From Eledone cirrhosa (Eukaryota), in assembly GCA_964016885.1 (NCBI GenBank), contig OZ024748.1:6200001-6264000 (forward strand): a stretch of 64,000 nt of DNA, read 5' to 3'. The position numbers were made by a program, and so were the translations under genes. Shown in pieces: positions 1 through 15,044 of the stretch. The notes under the pieces were generated by a model. It did no database searches. It saw only the letters and a program-made list of their open reading frames with translations, and was not told the DNA's origin. The number at the start of each line of letters is the position of its first letter. The stretch's first letter is position 1.

Positions 1-20
1 ATACAAATATATATATATAA

Positions 21-126
<106 letters not shown>

Positions 127-144
127 TTATATATATATATTTGT

Positions 145-274
145 AACGAAGGAAAGATGGACCATAACGCACCAAAGTACTCAATACTTAGGTAGTAGAG
201 TGGGTAATAGGAACAGTCCAGAATTAGCCGTCGAGACGGCTTGAGCTCTGCCGTCGGGGTCATACTTGTTCCTA
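145..274. mobile_element. Family A TA-embedded element, head-to-head inverted pair (Penelope-like terminal repeat fragment)
   Basis: ggaccataacgcaccaaagtactcaatactta...gtagtagagtggg followed by the opposite-orientation gccgtcgagacggcttgagctctgccgtcgggg; flanked by (TA)n; about 10 related copies in the window. Confidence 0.7.
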
Positions 275-284
275 TATATATTTG

Positions 285-318
<34 letters not shown>

Positions 319-328
319 AGTGTGTGTG

Positions 329-360
<32 letters not shown>

Positions 361-371
361 CGTGTGTGTGT

Positions 372-434
<63 letters not shown>

Positions 435-526
435 TATATATATATAAATGTATATATATAAAATATAATATATATTTATATTTCAAATATATATCTTTAT
501 TTAGATATATATATGCATATATATAT

Positions 527-611
<85 letters not shown>

Positions 612-612
612 A

Positions 613-675
<63 letters not shown>

Positions 676-676
676 A

Positions 677-737
<61 letters not shown>

Positions 738-792
738 CGTGTGTGTGTGTATACATATATGTATATATATATATATATTCCGATCTACATTA

Positions 793-878
793 CGTCTGAT
801 GAACAAATCGATTATATAATCTAGCTGGTTGCACCCAATTAAAGCTCCGCGCTTATCGTATATGAAACATGTGTTACG
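793..878 (+). ncRNA. Candidate type I hammerhead ribozyme with long stem II
   Basis: cgt-CTGATGA-[imperfect 61-nt hairpin]-GAAAC-ATGT-GTT-acg; palindromic stem III, stem I only 3 bp. Confidence 0.5.
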
Positions 879-1042
879 CTTGATTACGAATAACACATAT
901 TGAACTGAAACTTCGATTTATATATATATATATATACACATATATACATATATATATACATATATATATACATATATATATATATACATATATACATATG
1001 CATACACCTATATATATATATATATAGGTGTATGCATATGTA

Positions 1043-1091
<49 letters not shown>

Positions 1092-1130
1092 CTCGAAGTT
1101 TTAGTTCAATATGTTTTATTCGCAATCAAG

Positions 1131-1216
1131 CGTAACACATGTTTCATATACGATAAGCGCGGAGCTTTAATTGGGTGCAACCAGCTAGATTATATAATCG
1201 ATTTGTTCATCAGACG
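1131..1216 (-). ncRNA. Candidate hammerhead ribozyme, inverted copy of 793-878
   Basis: Reverse complement of the 793-878 motif. Confidence 0.5.
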
Positions 1217-1271
1217 TAATGTAGATCGGAATATATATATATATATACATATATGTATACACGCACACACG

Positions 1272-1306
<35 letters not shown>

Positions 1307-1316
1307 TCACACACAG

Positions 1317-1394
<78 letters not shown>

Positions 1395-1486
1395 ATATAT
1401 ATATGCATATATATATCTAAATAAAGATATATATTTGAAATATAAATATATATTATATTTTATATATATACATTTATATATATATA

Positions 1487-1615
<129 letters not shown>

Positions 1616-1758
1616 CACACAGAAAGAGAGAGAGTGGGTGTATGTATCATTTATTTTATTATTTTATTTATATATCTAAAATACGATATTATAAATAATT
1701 GTTTCTACTTTAGGCACAAGGCCAGCAAATTACCCAGTGCATTACTGGTACTTTATTT

Positions 1759-1847
<89 letters not shown>

Positions 1848-2340
1848 TTTATAAATATATATTTTATAAATATATAAATATATTTTATAAATATATTATA
1901 AATAATAAACATATCTTCGTAAGAGAATCCAAACACCCAGTAGACAGTATCTTAAAGCCATAGAACATATATACTTAAACACATGAGAAAAAATATAAAA
2001 ATAATTTACCAAAAATATTATATAATAAAATTAAAATATTTTCTACTTTAAATTTTCGCGAATTGTAAAGTAAATCAAAATATAAAAAAAAAAATAAGAA
2101 ACAATAAAATACATATTCTAAATATCGGAATATTGATAATGTCTTGTAATGGAGTTTTAATCGTGAGAGACATCATAACGTATTTGGTTGTAAAATGGCT
2201 ATAAACATTTCTCATTCATCTGATAATTCTTGTGGTGCCATAAAATGGTTCTTTAACTGCATGTATCTTAATATCTTAATCATTTCACTATTATTCACTA
2301 TTTGGGAGATGTAGTTTGACTACAGGATGAAAGTAAGTGA

Positions 2341-2746
2341 GTGGGCGTCGTATTTGAAGAATTGGTAGAGTTTCACACAAAATGCTATGCATTGGCAGTA
2401 TCTTAAAAGCATCAGACACGTTGCTTTGCAGCATAGAATTATGGCACTTTACGGTCGGAGTTCAAATCCCGCTGAGGTTAAATTTCCCTTCAACCTCACG
2501 GGGTCGATAAAATAAAGTACCAATCAAACACTGGTGTTGAGTTCATCGACTTTCCCCTCCCGTAAAATTGCTGGCCCTGTGCCTATATAAGAAACTATTA
2601 TTATAGAAGTGGTGGATTGGCAGTATCGGTAGAGGGTCGGACGCCATGCTTTGCAACATAGATTTACGGGCCTTTATGATCCGAGATCAAATCCCGCCGT
2701 GGTTAACTATAATTTCTGGCCTTGTGCCAAAAGTAGAAAGAATTAT
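2341..2746 (+). mobile_element. Tandem tRNA-derived SINE copies
   Basis: A-box-like tggcagtatcgg, B-box-like gagttcaaatcc, body ggggtcgataaaataaagtacc, 3' end gctggccttgtgcc...agaaa. Confidence 0.8.
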
Positions 2747-2999
2747 TTATTCCTGCTCTTTAAATTCTGAGTTGAAATATCTCCGAGGTCAATATTGCTA
2801 CCCGTTCTTCACAGTCCGATAAAATAGTAGCAGAATGGTAACAGAGTCTATTGAATCCGCTTAGACAACCTCCCAAAATTTCTCTTCTTGTCTCTAAATT
2901 ATTAAACGGTTATTGTGCATGGTTTGGCGCCTAAATTTATACTGATATGAATATATATATATATTTTCAATAATATCATTTTTTCTATTTTCTTTCCAG

Positions 3000-3049
3000 A
3001 TCTGATCCAAAGAGGAATTCTAAATAAGGAACCATTAGAGAACATGTAG
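3000..3049 (+). CDS. Putative terminal coding exon (D)LIQRGILNKEPLENM*
   Basis: Strong pyrimidine tract ttttttctattttctttccag before 3000, open phase-1 frame to TAG at 3047-3049, AATAAA at 3064-3069; upstream exons not in window. Confidence 0.4.
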
Positions 3050-3139
3050 ATTCATGATATATTAATAAATATTATAAATAAATATATATATATATATACG
3101 ATATTAAATAAATGGAAACTATATTTATAAAACCATATA

Positions 3140-3204
3140 TATTTCATTATACATATTTCAGGGATACCAAATTAAAATATGGTATGCCTTCATCAGACAA
3201 AATA
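3140..3204 (-). ncRNA. Hammerhead ribozyme, family B
   Basis: tattttgt-CTGATGA-AGGCATACCA..TGGTATCCCT-GAAAT-ATGT-ATA-atgaaata; inside a repeat spanning about 3097-3215 next to (TA)n. Confidence 0.75.
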
Positions 3205-3641
3205 CAATATATAAACGATATATGTATGCGTGTGTGTGTAAACGTAATGTATATGCATATATATGTATGGATGTATACAAATTTACAAACGCACACACTA
3301 ATATATGTATATATATACATGTACATTGGTTGATATATATTATATATATATATATATATATTTATTTCTGATTCTTCATTTATTATATATATATATACAC
3401 GTGTATAAATTTCTATACGTAGACATATATATATATATATATACATCGGATGAAAGGGGTGGTATGTAGCTGAGATCTGCAATTCAGTAGGAGTAAAGTA
3501 AATCTTTAATGAATCAAAGATTCCGACATTGGATGAAAGTGGTGTGTAACAATATTTCAGTGCAGACGAGGGAGGGGGAATAATTAATATCGCAGAATGT
3601 ACTTTGAATTATGAGTTCAAATACTGCTGAGTGTAGGTTAA

Positions 3642-3690
<49 letters not shown>

Positions 3691-3951
3691 TTCTCTCTCT
3701 CTCTCTCTTTTTCTCTCTCTCTCGCTCGGTCTATCTGTGTGTGTGTGTGTGTATGTACATGTACATATATATATATATATGTGTGTGTATATGTGTATGA
3801 ATATATATACATATATATATATATATATAAATATATATATTTAAAAAAAAAATAAGACTCCAGTTGCATTTTCGATTTTATTTTTTTTTCTTTATACTTC
3901 CACTCGTGTAGGATATCTCGGTTATTTTTCATTTTGTAAAAAAAACCTCAC

Positions 3952-4002
<51 letters not shown>

Positions 4003-4356
4003 TACGTGCGTGAGTCTACATTTATGTGAAATTTCTTTCTCATGACTTGGCTCTCAGCAGCTTCTTATTCCACCAACTTCCAAACGAGATGTTATGTCTT
4101 GTCTGAAATTGTAACTGACTTTTATATTAATTCCATCAGCCACACTCAGAGGGTTAAATTGACTATGGTAACCACAGCGCTAGATCGAACTCACAAATGT
4201 CACCTCAAGACATTTATAGACAATAAATCATCTACACTATACGCTCATACACATGCACTCATACTAATAAACAGAATCACAGATACACTCTCCAAGTACA
4301 CAAACCCGCACACACATAGACACGTAGACAGTTTAACAGATTAGCACAGAAGCATA

Positions 4357-4408
<52 letters not shown>

Positions 4409-5080
4409 TTGATTAAAATAATAGCTAACTATATTTAATGACCAATTTTATCCAGTGGTTTACCCATAAACAAAAATGTGTATGTATAAATATATATATA
4501 TGTTTGTGTGTGTGTGTGTGTGTGCATAGCTCTATATGTATACAAATATATATCTTTCTATATGCATATATATATATATGTATAATAAGTATTAAGCATA
4601 TTCAAAATGTTAAATGTTACTCGTACTACTGGAGACCGATGTGTCCATTTCTTCTGTCTTCCGTTGTACTTTACAGTGATCATCTATTATGGTTATATAT
4701 ATACACACACATGTATATATATATATATGCCAAAGTCCATATCAACCGCCGATGACGCTGGAGTTCTGTGTCTTGCGTTTGTATTTTTATATTTTATTTC
4801 GTAAACAATGTTTGAAGATTCTCCTTCGTTTGGCCTTGTTTTCGTTCGTTGACTTATCCTCAGTTAATTTTGTTAAATTTATCACACACACACACATGTA
4901 TATATATATATATATATACACACAAACATACACATTCACTCACACACATACTTGTGTATAGATATTTGTGTGTAGATATATATATATATATATATAATAT
5001 ATATATATGTATTTATATATATATCTTAACCGATGAGAGATTGTTTATTGGGTATGTCACTATTTATAAAACAAATTTTG

Positions 5081-5147
5081 TATTTTATCTGATGAGAGCG
5101 TATCAAAGTTTTTTGCTACCCTTGAAATATATGTAGATAATAAAATA
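5081..5147 (+). ncRNA. Hammerhead ribozyme, family B variant
   Basis: tattttat-CTGATGA-GAGCGTATCAAA..TTTGCTACCCTT-GAAATATATGTAGATA-ataaaata; 8-bp stem I; degenerate relative near 25095-25160. Confidence 0.65.
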
Positions 5148-5230
5148 AATATTGTTTTATAAACATAAGTTTCCATTTATTAATATCATTGATATATATA
5201 TATATATATTATATATATATATATATATAT

Positions 5231-5284
<54 letters not shown>

Positions 5285-5322
5285 ATTAAATAAATGGAAA
5301 ACTATATTTATAAAACCATATT

Positions 5323-5388
5323 TATTTCATTATATATATTTCGGGGATATCATATTAACAATATGCTATGCCTTCATCAGACAAAATA
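5323..5388 (-). ncRNA. Hammerhead ribozyme, family B
   Basis: tattttgt-CTGATGA-AGGCATAGCATATT..AATATGATATCCCC-GAAAT-ATAT-ATA-atgaaata. Confidence 0.7.
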
Positions 5389-5496
5389 CAATATAAACAG
5401 TTTTATAGATAAATATATTCGACATACCGTAATAAACATTGACTTCATTTGAAGAGGTTTACGCTAGTAACCCAACAATTTTAAATATAACTTTAC

Positions 5497-5546
<50 letters not shown>

Positions 5547-5609
5547 TTATATCACATATACATATAGGTATATATCATATATACATACATATATAAATAT
5601 CATATATAC

Positions 5610-5692
<83 letters not shown>

Positions 5693-5901
5693 GTGTGTGT
5701 GTGTGTGTGTGTGTACGTATATATATAGATATAAATATAGATATATAGATGTATAAGTACATATCTGTGTGCTTTTATACACACGTATACAAGTTTGGTT
5801 TATATATGATAGATAGATATGTGCATATATATATATATATATATATATACATAAATAATCTTCTGTTTAGAGCATCGATAATAATATAAAATAACTATAA
5901 A

Positions 5902-5986
<85 letters not shown>

Positions 5987-6069
5987 TTGGGAAACGAATT
6001 AGTCTTTAATTTATACATACATATTGAAACAAATGCAATTTAATATATAAATATGTATGTATATATATA

Positions 6070-6142
<73 letters not shown>

Positions 6143-6218
6143 TATATTTATATCAAATATAATCATATTAATATAGGTATGGTAGCTGTAATAGCAGCAA
6201 TAGTAGCAGCAGTTGCAT

Positions 6219-6277
<59 letters not shown>

Positions 6278-6525
6278 TTAGTTTAACAAAGTAATAATCT
6301 CGGTTATTTACTCTTATGTTGATATTTAAATATCGATTTCGTAATGTACAGGATAAAATCGATTATATTGACCTAAGTTCTTGTGTTAACTAAAACGAAG
6401 TCCACCCCTACGACATTTGAACTCAGATATTAAAGGGGCATAACTCGTAACTGAACTAAGATATATGAATGGTAACACACACTTACAAACACTCAACATA
6501 ATCGCACACACGCATATACACAGAC

Positions 6526-6667
6526 CAGGGCCCCCAAGAGAAATTTTTTAAAGTGATACAAAACCCATTTTTCTCAAAACAGATGTTGCATGGTTGCTGT
6601 GGCGTCTTCCTAGCTCTGGGCCCTGGAACAAAGTAGCGGCTGGACCCCACTTTTCTTATAGGCCCTG
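6526..6667. mobile_element. hAT-type MITE
   Basis: Ends CAGGGCC...GGCCCTG; 8-bp target duplication acacagac (6518-6525) / gcacagac (6668-6675). Confidence 0.7.
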
Positions 6668-7709
6668 GCACAGACATACAAACCTTTACTCAGATACTTG
6701 CATTTGCACATATACACGCGCGCATCCACACATACACAGGCACCTGTATACACATACACCTGTACACAGGTATACGCATTTTTTTTATAGTGCCATGCCG
6801 ATCATTTCTGGTAACATTTATAAACCCGCGCAAGGCCGGGTATAACTTCTTGTTGAATATGAACGTAAATTTCCATATGAATTGTCATTTAATATGGATA
6901 AATATATGGTATATGTGTAAGTTTGGTATCAATGAAAATGTGTTGTTATTGAAATATGGTGCCCCAGAATGGCCTCAGCCGGATGGCTGGAACAGGTAAA
7001 AGAGTAAATATATTACAGAAATAAATTTAGGATATTTATATGGAAAAAATTAAACCAAGAAAACAGAAAAATGAATTATAACGAACCAATAACTTTTCCT
7101 TTTCAATCACTCTTATTGTCATCATCATCATCAACATCATCATCATCATAATCAACATCATCATCATCGTCACCATCCTCGTCATCATCATCATCGACAT
7201 CCTCCTCGTCATCATCATCATCGTCATCATACGCAATAGAACTACCATCCTCACTCATGGCCACTAGCAAATGGTAAGAGAGTTTGACCACGGCTACGTT
7301 ACAATATTATAAATAATGAGTAAGAGGAGCTTCAATGTAGTCGAGATAATTGCTAGAAATAGCAGTAAACATATCCCTCTCATCTCGCCCTTACTTCAAC
7401 GGAAAAATGACTGTGGCTGGCACATTGATTGATATAATCCTAGATACACTGTGTAGGAGAAGAAAGAAGGTGACTGTAATATTTGGATGGAAATGAAGGC
7501 TGATCTCGTGCTAAACAACAACAACAACAACAACATCTTTAACAACGTATATCGATATGACCGGAAATACAGTCAGATATAGACATTTCCGGCGTGGAAT
7601 TACGTGGGAATTTATTTTCTCTTCTCTCTTTCCACCCTCGCCTATTTCTCTATCTATCTATCTATTTATCTCTCTGTCTATTTATCGATCTTTCTATTTG
7701 TCTATCTAT

Positions 7710-8520
7710 GCCAACCTGTTCGGTAGGACATTCAGCCCGGGACCCATGGATAACTTCCAGAGGTCCCTGGCCTGGCAGTGCTACCGAGGGGCTCTGCCCG
7801 TTCGAGAAAGGCTGTACAGACACGGGCGCCCGGGTAGGGACCCCTCGAAAAAGATCTGTCCCAGATGCGCATGCGACGAGGAAACCGTTGTACACGCATT
7901 GGTACACTGCTCGGGCATTGCCGAACAACTGCTGTCAAGGGTGGGACCTATCCGGTTGACCACTGAGTCTATTGTAACAATCAAGCCGCCTCCCCTCTTC
8001 AAAAACGAAGGAGAGGCGGTGTTTCTGTGCGTAGTAGCCATGGCGAAAGAGGTTGTATGGTGGACGCGTCTGAAAGGACTGAGGTCAGACACCTTTCTCT
8101 CTGGCCAACAACTGGTCCGTTTCTTCCGATATCATTTCGGAAGAAGGATCAGGATGGAGAGAGAGGTGCTGCACCCCAGCCGTTTTTATGAAAGATGGGT
8201 GAAAGTGGCGAAAATGGCCCGTGTGAATGGGCCTTCACTCTACATCAGACTATAGGTGAGGAAGATGAAAGATCAAGGGAGCACCCCCTATCTGTGCTCC
8301 TGAGGAGAAGGGTTGCACACTTTTTTTCGGGGGTGTGTGCGACCCCCCAAGGCGCCTCCTCCCTGTTGATGATTTTGTTATAAAATTTATTTTGTTATAT
8401 TTTATTTTATTTTTATACTTTGTTATTGCCTCCTCCTTATTGAGGACGCCTTGTTATGTAAACTCCCCCCATTGTACTTGTCCCACTTTTTGATGCCCTT
8501 GTGGCAAATAAAAAGAAAGT
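7710..8520 (+). mobile_element. 5'-truncated Tx1/L1-clade LINE (ORF2 C-terminus with zf-RVT-like Cys/His motif, 3' UTR, AATAAA tail)
   Basis: Open frame to 8255 encodes WQCYRGALPVRERL...CPRCACDEETVVHALVHC; AATAAA at 8507; GC-richer than flanks; probable TSD tatttgtctatctat (7695-7709) / tatctgtctatctat (8521-8535). Confidence 0.85.
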
Positions 8521-8649
8521 TATCTGTCTATCTATCTATCGTTCTATCTATCTATCTATCTGTCTATCTATCTATCGTTCAGTGACTTGCCAACCATCAT
8601 TGATATTTCATCGCATTAAAAATCATATACATGTATGTATATATATATA

Positions 8650-8706
<57 letters not shown>

Positions 8707-10026
8707 GTATGTGGTTGACGGCTGTAAGAAAGGAGTATTCAATATCGAAGTAGAGTTTTGATATTCATTTTATTAAGGCTGTGATAAACATATCACGTAT
8801 ATTATATATGTATGTATATATACATTTATATTATATACATACAAATATTATATACATATAAATTGTACACATATAAATATATGTGTGTGTCTGTGTGTGT
8901 CTGTGTGTGTGTGTGAATGGTAAGAAGGTGATACATCCTATATTTGTCTGTTGTCTGTTTGTCTGTCTATCTGTCTCCCCCTCTTCTCGTTCCACCTCCT
9001 TCACATGTTTCCTCTTACTCCACTATAATTTTACCGCTTTCTATCCTCCGTCTATCTATCACACCCTCTCTCTTCTCATACATAGTGCAACTACCTCACG
9101 CAGTTCTGTCTATCTCACACTCCCCCTCATTACTCTGCTGTCAATCTCTCACTCGCCCCTATTCTCTCCCTTATATGTAGTATAGCTAATGTCGTCCTGG
9201 CTGGTGCTTACACTGTCTTAGACCTTAAAAACACAGTATATTCGTCAAAACAGTTTAAAAGAGACACCACACTTACACCTAACTATTTGTCCTTAGTTGT
9301 TTCTGTTGGTGTTGCTGTTATTGTTGTTGATGATCATGTAGACACTCTCCTTATGTAATACAGTAGTCGGTAGGCTTAAGGATATCTGACTGCTTTTTCT
9401 AGCAGGTCGTCGTGCAATCGCGTAGAGTTTTCCTCTTCTGTACTGTATATATCTCTGTATATATATGTATAAATATATATATATAAAATACTCATAGACT
9501 ACCGCCCCCCCCCCCCCCCACACACACACACAAACACAGATATATATATATATACAAGCATAGTACCAGTCAAAAAGAATAGTAAAATCTCTTTAATATT
9601 TCCTTCCACATGTTACTTAGTCGTTATCAATTATATATTTATCAAATTACGACGGTATGTTGTACTTAATTATCTATCTATCTAGCAAGCTATCTCTGTG
9701 TGTACGTGTGGCTCTAAGGGTCAATACACACCACACACACACCACACACACACACGCGACACACACGCGATACACACGCGACACACACACACACACACAC
9801 GCCACACACACACACACACACACACAACACATTTAAATATATATATCCATTGAGTGTAACGTGAAGTTCAAGATTCGATACAGATCGTACCTTGAGCTGA
9901 TCAATAGCGAAACGCGCGTCAACAATCAATAAACGTAATGGAGGCTTAACAAGGAAACACGAAAGGAACGAACACGAGTATGCAATAACATAAAGTGTAT
10001 AACTTTCAAGCTTGGAGAAAGATTTA

Positions 10027-10336
<310 letters not shown>

Positions 10337-10518
10337 GTGTGTGTGGGTGAGAGAGAGGGGGAGAGGGAGGGGGAGAGAGTGTGTGTGTGTATGTGTGTGA
10401 TTGTGTGTACATAGGTAGAGAGTAAGAGAGATAATTTGGGGAGACAACAAATTACCTTTTCCAAAACAAATCTAATCCGAAGTGGGTGTTACGTGACTAC
10501 TGCGTTCTCCCCATGTAT

Positions 10519-10641
<123 letters not shown>

Positions 10642-10689
10642 TTCTATTTTTTTTTTCGACTCTCCATACTTCTTTTCAATGGCTGACAA

Positions 10690-10864
10690 TACCTTACCGG
10701 CGCCACTCGAATAAGGTAGTTATTTAACCCATAAATGGGGCCCTCACAGGTACTACTACTCCGGGCCAGGACAGGCCCGGGAGTTATGACAACTAAGGGG
10801 TAACTCCACATTCCCCACAGCTCTTGAACTCGTCCATGGATCTCGGGAATTTTACCTGCCCTAG
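10690..10864. repeat. Dispersed repeat fragment, class unresolved
   Basis: ctcgtccatggatctcgggaattttacctgcc recurs inverted at about 60912-60948. Confidence 0.5.
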
Positions 10865-10898
10865 TAAAAAAAAAATATATATATATATATATAAATGT

Positions 10899-10966
<68 letters not shown>

Positions 10967-11045
10967 TTCCTGCTCTATGAAGCGTTAACCTTATATTTCT
11001 CCCTTCCATATACTGTACCGATTGTGTTGTTGTTTCTGTTTACCT

Positions 11046-11076
<31 letters not shown>

Positions 11077-11217
11077 ATATAATATATATATAATATATAT
11101 ATGTTCATAAACAATTGTTAATCTACTCAAAATATGGATGAAACTGTGGTTAATTAAAAAAGTCTTATATAATTAACTTTTTGGGACTTTTGTATGATTA
11201 TAATATATATGTAATTT

Positions 11218-11314
11218 GATAGAGAGATAGATAGCTATATAGAGAGACAGATAGATTGATAAAAAGATAGATAGATAGATAGATAGATAGAGAGATAGAG
11301 AGATAGGAAGATAG

Positions 11315-11408
<94 letters not shown>
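11218..11408. repeat. (GATA)n microsatellite
   Basis: Direct tandem repeat. Confidence 0.95.
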
Positions 11409-11468
11409 TAACACAGTACAATAGTAAATCGGTAAAGGTATCTCTAGTAAGCTGTGAAAAATACATAC

Positions 11469-12129
11469 AACCATTGGAAGCTGGTTAAGTTATACATGGC
11501 TTTGTATAGTGAAATGGTTTGGTAAGCAGATAATTCCTGGTTAGATTCCACTACACATCTCCATACGTAATACGTTTCTCATAGCCAGATAATCTCTTCT
11601 TCGCGCAACAACAACAAACTCTTCACAAAGCTTAAGTTAGACCCTCACTGAAGTACAGCTCTCACATTTAAGCCAGTGTTGCTTTTACTACACACACACA
11701 TATACACACAGTTATATACACACACTCACGTACACCCCACACTCACGCACATTCTTCCATTGCATCTAAAGAACAGCTAAGGGACGGAATATCATGTAAG
11801 AACTTTACAGCAACACACTTCAGCCTCTGGTTTACAGATATGCTGTCTCCTCTCTTTGTCTTTTCTATTGCTACTACAATGGCCTTTACTCTTCGGAAGG
11901 TACTGGTCTCGAACATTACCCACGACGATTTCACGGGGATTATTGTGTCACTGAAGGCTATCGGCAGAACCCTATCTTCCTGATCAAACTAATAATAACG
12001 ATGAAATATAGTAAAATTAAGCAAAATAATATAGAATAAAATAAAACTTATCTTTTCCTTCAACAACCAGGAGTGAAGTTCAGTGTTCAAATTCTTATAC
12101 AGTTGCTTGAAACCATGGTACTGAGTTAA
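11469..12129 (-). pseudogene. Three-exon pseudogene-like fragment of unknown product
   Basis: Exons 12129-12052, 11988-11747 and 11687-11469 join in frame across 63- and 59-nt introns with AG acceptors; donors gtgagt and gtatgt, first donor reads ataagt; two in-frame TGA in the third exon. Confidence 0.5.
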
Positions 12130-12324
12130 CTACAAACACTGCATCTCTGTGTGTGTCTGAGTGTGTGTGTCTGAGTGTGCGTGTGTATGTGATAGAGAAA
12201 TATATGCAGGCTCGTGAGAATATTGTCGGAGAAATGGGTGCGACGAACCAAAATAACTTGAAAAGAATTTTATAATAAGGTTAGATAGATAGATAGAAGG
12301 AGAAATGGGTGAGAGAAAGAGAGT

Positions 12325-12380
<56 letters not shown>

Positions 12381-12552
12381 CAGAGAGAGAGAGAGATTTG
12401 AAAAGACAAAGAACGATGAAAGTTACCATATGTTTGTGTGGGAGGAGATATAGAAAGAGACAGAAACAGAGAGTGGGAGGGGGGGAGAAAGAAGATGAAA
12501 GATAGACAGAGAGAGAAAGTGAGTGAGGGGGAAAGAGAGAGAAAGAGCAAGT

Positions 12553-12595
<43 letters not shown>

Positions 12596-13440
12596 TCGAA
12601 GAGGAAAAGAGGTCGAGAAAGTAAATCTCCAGGATTTCGACAGAATGAATAACTCTTTGATCTTCTTGCCAAAACACACACACATACACACACATACACA
12701 CACATACACACACACACGCACACACAAATAGAAAATCTACACAGTCATACATTGAATCATATACGCATATACACATATATCTACACTCGCACTCTCATAA
12801 ACCTACACTCACACAAACAGTATAATGAAACACACACATACAGGAATACTCTCTCTCTCTCTCTCTCTCTATCAATCTATCTACCTATCTATTTATCTCC
12901 CCCCCCCCCCTCCACACACACATACACACATAAGGACCTATTCTTTCTCACCCACACAACCACAAATACACACACAAAACGTTAAAAAACCCAGAAATAA
13001 AAGGAAATAAAAATAACTAACATTCACATACAAATATACACTCATACACACATACAAGCAGGCACACACATACAAACATATACACATGCACATACAAATA
13101 TACAGATAGAAAGAAACATCCACAAACACATACACACATATACACGATCATGCAAAAGCGCGCACACATACACACATTATATTGTGCGATATTTACAGAA
13201 ACATAAACCCATACATTTACATACTCACTTACAAGTACACACACAAACAAACACACGCACACACACACACTTATTGCGACAAAGATTTACACACACCTAC
13301 ACCCACACACAAACATTTCTTTATATTTTATGACATTTAAAGAATCATAAAACACATACAGTTAGTTACACGCTCACATATACATAAGCACACATACAAA
13401 CATACATACAAAGATATACACTCACACACCAGACAGATGG

Positions 13441-13492
<52 letters not shown>

Positions 13493-13963
13493 ACACACAC
13501 ACCCCACACACACACACACATATTGCACTGTATCATACGACATTTAAAGAACCATAAACCCCAGATTTTATGTCTTTACATTGTTTTTCTTTCGGTTTTA
13601 TTCAAAGCTAGCACCAGCGGGATTTGAACTTATGACAATCAGATGTTAACCTAGAACTTAACATCTTAGTTTAATATTGCCTCGCTTCAGTAATAAATAG
13701 GAGTGGAGGTGTGTGTCAGATAGGAAGGATGGGACTGGCATGTTATATCTTGTTTTCGACGAAAGAAAAACAAAAGCACCTGTATGTGTGTGCATAAATA
13801 TATATATATATATGTATATATCAAGTAAGTATGTTTTGAAACAGTGAGCAGGTTTGAAATTAGAAAATACAATAGCTTTCACCGTATTTTTGACTAAAGG
13901 AATTTTAGCCTGATAATGGGGTTTAGAACCCTCAGATAAATGGAAAAAGATGAGTATTGACGT

Positions 13964-13997
<34 letters not shown>

Positions 13998-14260
13998 TCT
14001 CGAGCTAAATTTTGAGCAAGAAAGATGGAAGAAAACTTACTCCAATATTTGATTTTAATTTTAAATCTTTAATTTTTTATTTTTAACTCCTATTAATTCT
14101 TTTTAATTTTTATTTCAATACTCAACATTTGATAAGATGAATTTTAATAATACATCGAAACCGGTAATACTTTATATACTTTATATACTTTATATACATT
14201 ATAAAACTTTTTTTAAAAGAAGAATTGTCCCTCTCATTTTTTCAATAAGGTCATCTTTTC

Positions 14261-14443
14261 AATAATTGTTTCTACTTTAGGCACAAGGCCAGCAATTTAC
14301 CAGTGCATTACTGGTACTTTATTTTATCGACCCTGTAAGGATGAAAGGCAAAGTCAACCTCGGCGGGATTTGAACTCAGATCATAAAGGGACGTAACTAT
14401 GCTGGAAAGCATGGCGTCCGACCCTCTACCGATACTGCCAATT
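14261..14443 (-). mobile_element. tRNA-derived SINE
   Basis: Near full-length reverse complement of the 58377-58568 copy, with A and B boxes. Confidence 0.85.
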
Positions 14444-14691
14444 CAATAATGACACGAAATAAAGGATAACAAAAGAAAAATAGACCCTTAAATATATTTT
14501 CCCTGGTATTTCCAACTTCACCTTTTCTCTCTCTCTATATATATATATTTCTCATCTGTTGGATGAAACGCGCGTCCTTGAGTACGGTTTTCTAATTTGT
14601 TCATTATTTGCTCATTTCTTCATAATGAACTCGTCTTCTGGACTGAATGCTCTACTTACTACGGATATAACACCCGGTATATACACACACA

Positions 14692-14782
<91 letters not shown>

Positions 14783-14935
14783 CTATAAGAAAACAGGGAG
14801 AAAAAGGCGATTATTAGGAAGAAAAATATATATATATATATATATATACATATATACTGAAGTAAAAGTTAAGTGGAAATATCCAAATATTCATAGGACG
14901 AGTTTAGTATAAATAATTACAACAGTGACATAAAC

Positions 14936-15044
14936 AGGTACTCAAGTTTCGTTGGGTTCTGGGCCCCAATTTCTTTAGCCTCTCATGAGAAAAGTGTAAG
15001 GCTGAATAAATTGGGGCTCAGAACCCAACGAAACTTGAGTACCT
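14936..15044. repeat. Near-perfect hairpin, 46-bp arms and 17-nt loop
   Basis: aggtactcaagtttcgttgggttctgggccccaatttctttagcct / aggctgaataaattggggctcagaacccaacgaaacttgagtacct; 3 differences. Confidence 0.9.

Noticed and set aside
6822-6853. Helitron-like 3' hairpin cccgcgcaaggccggg...cttgt
   Set aside because: Terminal CTRR is not matched and no 5' end or second copy is visible
11579-11647. In-frame TGAs as selenocysteine or readthrough
   Set aside because: No SECIS seen and the same block has a mutated donor; decay is the simpler explanation
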